From Acidimicrobiia bacterium (GTDB taxonomy: Bacteria; Actinomycetota; Acidimicrobiia; Spongiisociales; JAENVV01), in NCBI GenBank assembly GCA_016650365.1, contig JAENVV010000042.1:1-59896 (forward strand): 59,896 bases of DNA, given 5' to 3'. Both the position numbers and the translations under genes were made by a program. Positions 1 to 7,588 of this stretch are shown piece by piece. The notes beneath the pieces are model-generated. The model did no database searches and was not told the origin of the DNA. It saw only the letters and a list, made by a program, of their open reading frames with translations. Each line of letters begins with the position of its first letter. Position 1 is the first letter of the stretch.

Positions 1-385
1 ACCGGATCGTGAACTCGGCGACCTGCCAGAGCCGCCAACCGGTATGGCCGTCGACGCCGGAGTCCAGTTGGACCTATCCGACGCCGCCGCCGAACGTGAT
101 GTGGATGCCGTACAGTCAGCTGCCGCCTTCGCCGACTCGGATGTGGCCATGTCCGCTCCCCGCCCGGTCCCGGTCGGCAGCAGTGCAGGAGCCACCCACG
201 CGCCGATGGCTGAAGGCGACCCAGGTCGCCATGGCCCGGCAATGACCAAGGCCAACGTCGCCGACGTAGCCCTGTCGGAGAACATGGGCGACGCCCCGGT
301 CTGCTCCAACTGCGGCCACATGACCGTCCGCAACGGCTCGTGCTACGTCTGCCTGACGTGTGGTGATACGACTGGGTGTAGTTAG
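1..385 (+). CDS. nrdJ: Class II (adenosylcobalamin-dependent) ribonucleotide reductase, C-terminal end only; the 5' part lies outside the window
   Basis: Frame 2 is open from nt 2 to the TAG at 383-385. The tail '...GDAPVCSNCGHMTVRNGSCYVCLTCGDTTGCS' is the Cys-rich C-terminus I associate with actinobacterial NrdJ. Confidence 0.7.
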   Translation, partial: PDRELGDLPEPPTGMAVDAGVQLDLSDAAAERDVDAVQSAAAFADSDVAMSAPRPVPVGSSAGATHAPMAEGDPGRHGPAMTKANVADVALSENMGDAPVCSNCGHMTVRNGSCYVCLTCGDTTGCS

Positions 386-394
386 GCCCGTGTC

Positions 395-1870
395 GTGGCC
401 GGGATACCAACCGAGGAGGAGTTAGTCAGCTCACTGCGAGCCGAAAGTCGACGCCAGGGCGACGCGATTCTCAGTGATCCATATAGATGGCGTGACTTAA
501 AGGCTCAAGAAACACTCACCGTTGAGTTGACGCGACAACGATTCGTCGAGTCTCGATCGCCTGGGCGCGCTCACACCTTTCGGTGGCCGAAAGAGGCTTC
601 TGGGTATCGACCGATGGCATGGATGGATCCATTCGACCAAATCAGCTACCACGCTCTAGTCGGGCGATTGGTGGAGCCCATCGTCGGATCGACCGACAAA
701 GAATCGGTCTTTTCTTGCGGCATTAGTTCGGGACCCCCGCTTTGGATGTTGCAGCCCATCTATGGGGCGCTGGGGCAACGCCGCGCTCGTGGGCTAGACC
801 TACTCGACGAGCACCGCTATCTAGGGACAATGGATATCGCCAACTTTTACCCAACTGTCAAGCCCGCCGCGCTGTCCAACGTCTTAGCGGATCTTGGGTG
901 CGACGTGTCGAGTGTCGAACAGCAGGTCCAATGGTTGTCCGATCTTGACCAGGTATCTGGAGTCAAAGGGTTGCCGGTCGGTCCGCAAGCGAGCCAGATC
1001 CTCGCAAACGGCCTGCTGATCCCCACGGACACAGGTCTTGCAAACCTGGGCGTCCCCTTCATTCGATGGGTCGACGACACGTGGTTGTTCGTGGATAGCG
1101 AGGAACAATTCCGAGCGATCAAAGATTCGTACGAGTCCTGGCTGGATAATCTCGGGCTGCGTCTAAACGAGCAGAAATCACGCGTATTAGAGGGAGCCGA
1201 CGCCGAGAATGAAGTTGTACGGTCGGCGATCCAATACTTTGGTGAGCAACTCAACGACCCTGGGCCGGAAGGACTCCGAGCTGCTCTCGCGCTGTGGGAG
1301 TACGCGTTGGAGGATCCGGTCCAGCGCAGAACCGAACTTCGGCGATCGTTAGGAGTTCTCACAACATACGAAAGCCGAATACCGTTCGATCGACTGGTAA
1401 CCGACGATTCGCTCCTACGGATAGCGCCCTTTAAGTGGCGGGCAAATCTCGCCCGCCTCGCCGGTCGACGCGAAACCCGCTCAGAAGTGGAGAGCTGGCT
1501 CCTGGAGATCGCATGTGATACCCCAAGCCCCGACGAGGCCTATAGGGTCCTGCTCGCGCTACAGGCGCTCTCGAATATATCTATCGACCGGGACTCCGGA
1601 ACAAAACTGTTAGATCTCGCGACCATGAGCGGCGGGTGGGCAGGCCCTGTACGCGTCTGGGCGGCATACATCTGGGGGAAGTCGCAAGCGTTCAAGGCAG
1701 AACGAGCGATCGACCAAGTCGAAGAACAGGGCGAATTCGGCACTAGGCGTGCCTTTGCCATGACCCTGGAACAGCAGAGTGGTCATCGCAAAATGGGCAA
1801 ATGGATCCGGCAAGTCGAACTCGCAGACACCGAACTCGGACCCACCGCTCGATTACTCGAAGCCGCGTAG
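395..1870 (+). CDS. Stand-alone reverse transcriptase (UG/Abi- or DRT-like) with a ~225-aa helical C-terminal extension
   Basis: Ordered RT motifs: 'YRPMAWMDPFDQISYHALVGRLVEPI', 'LGTMDIANFYPTV' (motif A Asp at nt 833-835), 'GLPVGPQASQILANGLL' (motif B), 'FIRWVDDTWLF' (motif C at nt 1067-1078), 'GLRLNEQKSRV' (motif D/E). GTG start 9 nt after the nrdJ stop. No maturase-X/endonuclease, Cas1 or integrase domain. Confidence 0.85.
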   Translation: MAGIPTEEELVSSLRAESRRQGDAILSDPYRWRDLKAQETLTVELTRQRFVESRSPGRAHTFRWPKEASGYRPMAWMDPFDQISYHALVGRLVEPIVGSTDKESVFSCGISSGPPLWMLQPIYGALGQRRARGLDLLDEHRYLGTMDIANFYPTVKPAALSNVLADLGCDVSSVEQQVQWLSDLDQVSGVKGLPVGPQASQILANGLLIPTDTGLANLGVPFIRWVDDTWLFVDSEEQFRAIKDSYESWLDNLGLRLNEQKSRVLEGADAENEVVRSAIQYFGEQLNDPGPEGLRAALALWEYALEDPVQRRTELRRSLGVLTTYESRIPFDRLVTDDSLLRIAPFKWRANLARLAGRRETRSEVESWLLEIACDTPSPDEAYRVLLALQALSNISIDRDSGTKLLDLATMSGGWAGPVRVWAAYIWGKSQAFKAERAIDQVEEQGEFGTRRAFAMTLEQQSGHRKMGKWIRQVELADTELGPTARLLEAA

Positions 1871-1973
1871 CCATCCTGCTCGCAGTTACGCTCACCGGAA
1901 TTGCAGGGCGGGTTAACGAAGCGGACGCAACCTACCGATAACCTATGCTCGGTCTGACAAGGAGATGGTAGAG

Positions 1974-3326
1974 ATGCAGCGAGCGCGAATCATCCCGGTG
2001 TCGGGAATCAGCAGCGACAAGGAAGCGGAACAGAGGGCCGCTTCGGCACTCCTCGCGGTGCTCACGGTCGTCCGGGATCTCTCGAGTGAGCTGCTTTCAC
2101 CGCTCGGCGCATCACGGGCAGCAAAGGCGAACGTCGAGTGTTTCACAGAAGTCGTCTTCAAGGTCGCCGGAAAGCCAGTCCGACCGGACGGCCTGATCCG
2201 AGTGTCATTTGGAAAAGCGGTCTGGACTGCTCTCGTTGAGTTCAAGACCGGTCCCACGAGACTGAACGCCGACCAAATCAACGATTACTGGGCCTTGGCC
2301 CGCGATCAAAAGTTTGACCACGTAATCACGATTAGCAATGAGCTCAGCCCTGTCCCGGGTCAACACCCAACGGATGGTCTCAAGGTGCGTTCGAATAGCC
2401 CGGTCCAAGTAACGCATTACTCGTGGACCGCAATCTTGACATCTGCCATCAAGATCAAACAGCACCGCGGTGTCGCTGACCCGGAGCAAGCCTGGATCCT
2501 CGAAGAGCTCATCAGATATCTTGAACACCCAAGTTCTGGGGCGCTCGCCTTCAACGACATGGGACCCGGCTGGACAACGGCGCGAGACAAGGCCCGCCTC
2601 GGCACTCTTAGTCACAAGGACTCTGAAGCAACGGAGTTCGCAGGCAACTTTGAGCAACTTGCGCGCTACGCAGCTCTACTGCTCGGCTCGAAAGTGGGAG
2701 AAGATGTGGATGTTGTCTACCCTCGCAACCAGAAGGATGCCGCATCACGATTGAAGGCGCTGATAGCGTCAGTGTGCGATTCAGGTGTCGCAGCAACCGA
2801 GTTAAAGATCCCCGACACTGCCGGAACACTTTCCGTAACTGCGGATCTGAGGGCGAGTCAGATCCATGCCCAAACCACGATTACTGCGCCTTCCGACCGG
2901 GGAGCGAAAGGCCGAAACACGTGGTTGGTCAACCAGCTAAGCAATGCGCCAGACTCGCTCATCATTGACGCCTACTGCAAGAACGCCCGTCAACCACAGT
3001 CCTGCTCGTTGGCGGCCCTTCGAGACGACCGCGGAGCGAATATCGCCGATACCAAGAACCCACCCACGAAGTACCGACTCACCAAGAGCATTTCAATGGG
3101 GCAAGGTCGGAAAGCCGGTGGCAAATCTCCCGGATTCATCGACTCGACGTTGCAGGCGATCGCCGACTTCTACTCGACGGTTCTACAGGACATAACGGAG
3201 TGGCATCCAAAGGCACCCCGGATAGAGGACCGGCCAGCTCCGACTCCCCCAACAAGCCTGCCAGCCGTGGAGGAGCCCTCTCTATACGAACGGTATTGGG
3301 TCAGCCCACCGCCAACAAGCGAATGA
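1974..3326 (+). CDS. PD-(D/E)XK (restriction-endonuclease-fold)-like protein with a large uncharacterised C-terminal region and Pro-rich tail; putative partner/effector of the RT
   Basis: N-terminal 'EAEQRAASALLAVL ... PDGLIRV ... ALVEFKTG ... QINDYWALA' fits the E-PD-ExK-Q nuclease core pattern (Asp 2187-2189, Glu 2238-2240, Lys 2244-2246). AAGGAG at 1959-1964 sits 9 nt before the ATG at 1974, so the ATG at 1965 is too close to the RBS. Same strand as the RT, 94-103 nt downstream. Confidence 0.6.
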   Translation: MQRARIIPVSGISSDKEAEQRAASALLAVLTVVRDLSSELLSPLGASRAAKANVECFTEVVFKVAGKPVRPDGLIRVSFGKAVWTALVEFKTGPTRLNADQINDYWALARDQKFDHVITISNELSPVPGQHPTDGLKVRSNSPVQVTHYSWTAILTSAIKIKQHRGVADPEQAWILEELIRYLEHPSSGALAFNDMGPGWTTARDKARLGTLSHKDSEATEFAGNFEQLARYAALLLGSKVGEDVDVVYPRNQKDAASRLKALIASVCDSGVAATELKIPDTAGTLSVTADLRASQIHAQTTITAPSDRGAKGRNTWLVNQLSNAPDSLIIDAYCKNARQPQSCSLAALRDDRGANIADTKNPPTKYRLTKSISMGQGRKAGGKSPGFIDSTLQAIADFYSTVLQDITEWHPKAPRIEDRPAPTPPTSLPAVEEPSLYERYWVSPPPTSE

Positions 3327-3334
3327 CCGCACTC

Positions 3335-3369
3335 CGGTCCGTTTCGACCCGTGCTTGGGTTACGGACCG
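3335..3369. terminator. Hairpin between convergent genes (possible bidirectional terminator)
   Basis: CGGTCCGT (3335-3342) pairs with ACGGACCG (3362-3369), with a 19-nt loop holding an inner ACCC/GGGT pairing. It lies 9 nt after the stop of 1974-3326 and overlaps the stop of the minus-strand lipoprotein gene. No U-tract. Confidence 0.3.
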
Positions 3370-5027
3370 AGCATGGTCCAACGCCAGGCATCAATAGTGA
3401 AGGGTGCGTCGCCAGCGCCGTAACAGCATGTGGACCCCCACATCAGGACTTCGTCGCCGGTCCAAGTCATATCGAGGTCTGAGCCCTGCCCTGGCATGTC
3501 GAGCATGACCCAGCTGGCGTCCACGCTCGGAAGCCAGGCGGCATCAGTCCACTGTGGCACCAGGATGCCCGACCCAACGTCGATCGCACCTGAAGCACCT
3601 TCGGCACCGGTCAGCGGAATCGGGTCGATCTCGCTCCACGCGTCCGACCCGAAATCGAACGCCATCGTTGGATGATCGCGATCCTCCCACAAGATGAGCT
3701 GGCCGTCGATCACCGCCGACTGATTGGCCAACCCACAATCCGCATAGGTATCGGTCGATAAATCGACCTTGGGCAGCGGATCCCATTCGACGCCATTCCA
3801 TCTAGCGACCAGGCGTCCCGAGCAGACCGGCGTGTCCAGACCGACTGCGATCAGCCCGCCGCTGGCTGACAGAAGGTTGCCCTCCCACCGTCCGGGCCCG
3901 CCGAATCCAGGAGCGGGTAGCGTGCTCCACTCGCCGGTAGTGAGACTGAGCGTAGAGATCCCATCGGCAGTCCAAATCGCCACCATCGAACCGGTCCAAT
4001 GGATGTGCGAATCGCCGGCGACATTGATTCCATCGCCGATGGTTGTCCATGTATTCTGATCCGGCTCGTAAGCCATCGTGGCTAGTTGTCCCACCACAAC
4101 CATGCGATGCTCGGCCCACACTGCTGCGGTCAGCTGGCGGGTATCGACCAGGTCGGGCGGCAGCAATCGCCATGTAGAAGTGTCTGGAGCAAAGGCCGCT
4201 CCACCCACTAAATTCGGCGGCGCATCAGCAACCGATCCACCCCAGACGATCATCTCGTCGCCGGTCCACATGACTTGATGCCCACCGCGCGGAACGAGCG
4301 GCCCTGGATCGACGTACCAGGCGTCGGTCGTCGGCCTGGCCGCCCGCGACTCAAGCAGCAAGAAGTCATCGTCAGAAGCCTCGACATTGGTCAGCTGAAC
4401 AGCGTGCTTGTCACTACAGGTTGCCGCCAGCGTTTGGCAACCACGGCGCACCGAGAACGTCGAATACTGAACCTGCATGACTGTCTCAGTCTCTATGTCG
4501 GTCGCCCATCGCAACGGCGGCTCCAGGTCCAGGATCGGCATGCCGGATGATTCCCGCCCGATGACGGCTTCAACTGCCTGGCGCAGCTCTCGCTCGTCGG
4601 GTGGCACGCCCGAGATTCGCACGGTCCAATCACCGACCGGGAGCAGGTACGCATCACCCTCCCATGAGGGTGTCCCGGCCGCCTCCGATTCTACCGACAC
4701 GTCAAGGAAGGCCGAAACGTCGCCCAACTCGGCGGCGATCACCGCCGTCACTCCCCCGATCATCTCGTTCGGGCGGTTCGGTTCAATGATCACCGTGTAG
4801 CTCGTTCCGTCAGGCAAGGCACCAACGAAGGCCCGATTGCTGTCGGTCTGCGGCACGGTGGGATCGTTCGCCCGCTGGGTTGGAGTGGTGCTCGTTGTTG
4901 AAGGCGCCGAGGTGCTCGACGATTGTGGGATGAGAATGGTCGACGTTGTCGGAGCGCTGCCCCCGGTACAGGCACCCGCCAGCACGAGAATGGCGGTGGC
5001 AACAGCCACCAATGACCCCTGTTTCAT
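3360..5027 (-). CDS. Secreted lipoprotein with Ser/Thr/Pro linker and Kelch-like beta-propeller repeats
   Basis: 'MKQGSLVAVATAILVLAGAC' is a lipobox signal (start moved to the internal ATG at 5027). Repeated 'W.G.E...WGG'-type blades: 'MWTGDEMIVWGG', 'VWAEHRMVVVG', 'HWTGSMVAIW', 'TWTGDEVLMWG'. Confidence 0.7.
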   Translation of the reverse strand: MKQGSLVAVATAILVLAGACTGGSAPTTSTILIPQSSSTSAPSTTSTTPTQRANDPTVPQTDSNRAFVGALPDGTSYTVIIEPNRPNEMIGGVTAVIAAELGDVSAFLDVSVESEAAGTPSWEGDAYLLPVGDWTVRISGVPPDERELRQAVEAVIGRESSGMPILDLEPPLRWATDIETETVMQVQYSTFSVRRGCQTLAATCSDKHAVQLTNVEASDDDFLLLESRAARPTTDAWYVDPGPLVPRGGHQVMWTGDEMIVWGGSVADAPPNLVGGAAFAPDTSTWRLLPPDLVDTRQLTAAVWAEHRMVVVGQLATMAYEPDQNTWTTIGDGINVAGDSHIHWTGSMVAIWTADGISTLSLTTGEWSTLPAPGFGGPGRWEGNLLSASGGLIAVGLDTPVCSGRLVARWNGVEWDPLPKVDLSTDTYADCGLANQSAVIDGQLILWEDRDHPTMAFDFGSDAWSEIDPIPLTGAEGASGAIDVGSGILVPQWTDAAWLPSVDASWVMLDMPGQGSDLDMTWTGDEVLMWGSTCCYGAGDAPFTIDAWRWTMLGP

Positions 5028-5120
5028 GGCTTGAACATACCTGATACTGCCTTCGGAATTGGCGATCAAAGGCACGAGGCCCTGAACAGATCGTGATCAC
5101 GAATCCTCCATACAGACCCC

Positions 5121-5149
5121 TTGACGAGTACACAGCTTTAGGCCATAAT
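5121..5149 (+). promoter_or_regulatory. SigA-type promoter TTGACG-N17-CATAAT driving a leaderless HNH transcript
   Basis: TTGACG at 5121-5126, 17-nt spacer, CATAAT at 5144-5149. The ATG at 5157 follows after a 7-nt spacer, which is the expected transcription start. Confidence 0.45.
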
Positions 5150-5164
5150 CGAACATATGTTCGA
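5149..5164. promoter_or_regulatory. LexA (SOS) box TCGAACATATGTTCGA
   Basis: Perfect 16-nt palindrome matching the actinobacterial TCGAAC-N4-GTTCGA consensus. It overlaps the last base of the -10 hexamer and the ATG of the HNH gene. Confidence 0.7.
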
Positions 5165-6368
5165 TACTAATGAAGGCCGCGACCCTGGAGGCACCGATGA
5201 CGTGCTTGCCATCGCCGTCACGGCTCTAGCCTGGGCCGAGGACGAAGTAGTCGTTGACTTCAACAACGACGAGCTCACGTTGAGCTACGAACAACTCCGC
5301 ATGCTTGGCGACCTCTTCCATGCGCAGGCACAGCGGCGCCTCGCCGTCGTCGACGAGCGCCAGTCGTACAAAACCGACGGCTACACCTCGACGACCGCCT
5401 ACCTGAAGCACCGATTTCGCACCACCGGTGGCCAAGCGATGCGGCAAGTAACCGAGGTAAGGGCGCTTCAGGAGATGCCGCGGACCCGCCACCTCGCTGA
5501 ACTTGGTCGGCTAAGCGGCGATCAAGTGCGGACGCTCATCTCCGCCAAACAATCTGCCCCGGACCAGTTCGCGGCCGACGAAAAGGAACTCTGCGACATC
5601 GCAGAAACGCTGGAATGGGTTGCCGACCTCCGGAAGGTAACAGCCTACTGGCAGCAGGCCGCGGCTCCCGAGCCGTCGTATCCGACGTTGGAAGACCAGC
5701 GAAACGCCTCTTACCTCTATGTCTCGCGAGCCTTTGAGGATATGGTCAAGCTCGATGGCCTCCTCGACCGGGAACGAGGCGCTCAACTTATCGAAGCGAT
5801 CAAGGCCGCCACCCCTGCGCCGATCGAAGGAGAACCGTCCACGCCATCGCAACGTCGAGCTATCGCCCTGTTCGATCTGGTGGTGTCCGACGGCGAGCGG
5901 CCCGCCACCCCGACGATGCTTGTCCATGTGGGCGCCGAAACACTCGGCGATGACTCACCTCGCCTGGCCGAGATCGGACGGGACGTGCTCGAGAAGTACA
6001 CCGTCGATCGACTCGCCTGCGACGCCGATTTCCGGCGGATTGTGTTCGGCCCGGAGTCAGAAATCATCGACGTAGGGCGCCGACTCCGCCTCGTCACGAA
6101 GCCCATGCGCGATGCGGTAGTCGCCAGGGACCGGCACTGCGCCTTCCCCGGATGTGATCGTCCACCACAGTGGTGCGATGCCCATCACATCATCCCCTGG
6201 TGGGAAGGCGGGCCGACCTCGACGGGCAACATGATCCTGCTCTGTCGCCACCACCACTCACTCATCCACGCCGGCAAGTTCACATTGCGCGGCACTGGTC
6301 ACGAACCGCGGTTTTATCGAGCCAACGGCCAACCTCTCGGCCGCATCGAATTCCTCGATACGGGATAG
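5157..6368 (+). CDS. DUF222 domain / HNH endonuclease (13E12-repeat-like)
   Basis: C-terminal 'RDRHCAFPGCDRPPQWCDAHHIIPWWEGGPTSTGNMILLCRHHHSLIH' is an HNH motif. The long helical N-terminal region is typical of actinobacterial DUF222 proteins. Confidence 0.9.
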   Translation: MFDTNEGRDPGGTDDVLAIAVTALAWAEDEVVVDFNNDELTLSYEQLRMLGDLFHAQAQRRLAVVDERQSYKTDGYTSTTAYLKHRFRTTGGQAMRQVTEVRALQEMPRTRHLAELGRLSGDQVRTLISAKQSAPDQFAADEKELCDIAETLEWVADLRKVTAYWQQAAAPEPSYPTLEDQRNASYLYVSRAFEDMVKLDGLLDRERGAQLIEAIKAATPAPIEGEPSTPSQRRAIALFDLVVSDGERPATPTMLVHVGAETLGDDSPRLAEIGRDVLEKYTVDRLACDADFRRIVFGPESEIIDVGRRLRLVTKPMRDAVVARDRHCAFPGCDRPPQWCDAHHIIPWWEGGPTSTGNMILLCRHHHSLIHAGKFTLRGTGHEPRFYRANGQPLGRIEFLDTG

Positions 6369-6436
6369 GGCAGGCAGCGTCCCCACCTATCCGCCATACT
6401 GAATCCGTGCTCAAAACCAAAGTTCCGGTCGAAACG

Positions 6437-6793
6437 ATGAGTGCCGAAATTGCCCGGAAATCGATCACCGTGACTATGTCATCCGAGGCTTCCGAATTCC
6501 TGCGCGATCGAGATGTCCCGCTGGTCGCCGAAGCCGAGATCCTGTTCAGTTGTCTCATCCGCAAGCGACTGACGTTCCGCGATACCTCACCAGATCTTTT
6601 GTCCTGGCCAATCACCGAGAACCTTCATGTCTCGGTCCGCCCGGTCCTCTACGAACTATGCCGCCCCGAAAATGGCGAATCGGAGCCGAACCTGGTCGAT
6701 TTCGCCGTTGCCGATATTGCCGCGCTGGTGCCAAAGTCCTTCCACATCGACATCGCAGACGGCCAACTGACCGGCACGTTCGAACTCGGATAA
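6437..6793 (+). CDS. Hypothetical small protein (118 aa)
   Basis: Internal ATG of the 6170-6793 ORF, chosen because the upstream part overlaps the HNH gene. The codon third-position G/C bias looks coding. No recognisable motif. Confidence 0.4.
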   Translation: MSAEIARKSITVTMSSEASEFLRDRDVPLVAEAEILFSCLIRKRLTFRDTSPDLLSWPITENLHVSVRPVLYELCRPENGESEPNLVDFAVADIAALVPKSFHIDIADGQLTGTFELG

Positions 6794-6802
6794 CGCATTT
6801 CG

Positions 6803-7588
6803 CTAGGACGACGCCGACGTGTAGCTGTTGATGCCGGCCTTCCACGCAATACGTGACACGACTGCGAACGCCACGGTCAGCGCCACCGTCAGAGCGATAT
6901 CTTTGCCCGAGATTCGATCAACCAGGGTTTGGGCCGGAACGGTGATTGCGAACCCGAGCGGGATTATGTAGGACAGCGACAGGCGCATGGCGATCGGATA
7001 GATGGTGACGGGCCAGCGTCCCGCCTCATAACTACCCGTGACCAGTTCGCCGAGTCGACCGATCTTGATCAGCTTGAAAGCCGACGACGTCATGATGAGC
7101 CACATGCTGTAGAGCAACGTCGCCCCACAGGCGAGGAGCAGACCACCGACGAACAATCCGATGAAGGACAGGCCACCGGTGAACTCGCTCAAACCCCAAA
7201 TGATGATGCCGGTGCCTAGCGCCACATCGGTCAACTGCCACACCCGGAAGGTGCGCAGGCTGGTCAGCAGCTGTGAATCAACCGGCTTGACGAGCGGATG
7301 GTCGAAGGTGCCTTCGTCGACCTCTCGAATGGTTTGCTCCATGTTTGGCTTTATGACTGCCCGCATGACCCCGCCAAGAGCGAGGTGCACACCGAGCACG
7401 ACGAACAGTTCCGGCCTGGTCCAACCACCGAGGTTGGTTGTGTATGAAAAGACCAACTGGATCGCCACGATGCCGGTAAGGATCTGGAGGGCGGATTGAA
7501 CCAGCTGGACGAAAAAGTTCAGCCGGTACTGCATCTCGTATTGGGCGGTCAGTTTGATGAACAACCAGCTCAGGCGCATGACTCTCAT
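6803..7588 (-). CDS. ABC-2 family transporter permease (DUF990-like)
   Basis: Multi-TM protein beginning 'MRVMRLSWLFIKLTAQYEMQYRLNFF'. Its ATG at 7588 overlaps the upstream stop (ATGA). Third gene of the ATPase + two-permease operon. Confidence 0.75.
   Translation of the reverse strand: MRVMRLSWLFIKLTAQYEMQYRLNFFVQLVQSALQILTGIVAIQLVFSYTTNLGGWTRPELFVVLGVHLALGGVMRAVIKPNMEQTIREVDEGTFDHPLVKPVDSQLLTSLRTFRVWQLTDVALGTGIIIWGLSEFTGGLSFIGLFVGGLLLACGATLLYSMWLIMTSSAFKLIKIGRLGELVTGSYEAGRWPVTIYPIAMRLSLSYIIPLGFAITVPAQTLVDRISGKDIALTVALTVAFAVVSRIAWKAGINSYTSASS

Noticed and set aside
395-1870. RT as a group II intron, retron or diversity-generating retroelement RT
   Set aside because: I found no maturase-X/HNH domain and no intron-like structured flanks. 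There is no inverted-repeat-flanked msr/msd candidate, since the upstream DNA is nrdJ coding sequence. I saw no template/variable repeat pair nearby. This rests on visual inspection only and needs covariance-model searches.
1871-1973. Possible structured ncRNA between the RT gene and ORF2
   Set aside because: By eye I found only weak 5-6 bp complementarities (for example CCTGC 1875-1879 with GCAGG 1902-1906). That is insufficient to call an RNA gene, and RNA-seq or folding would be needed.
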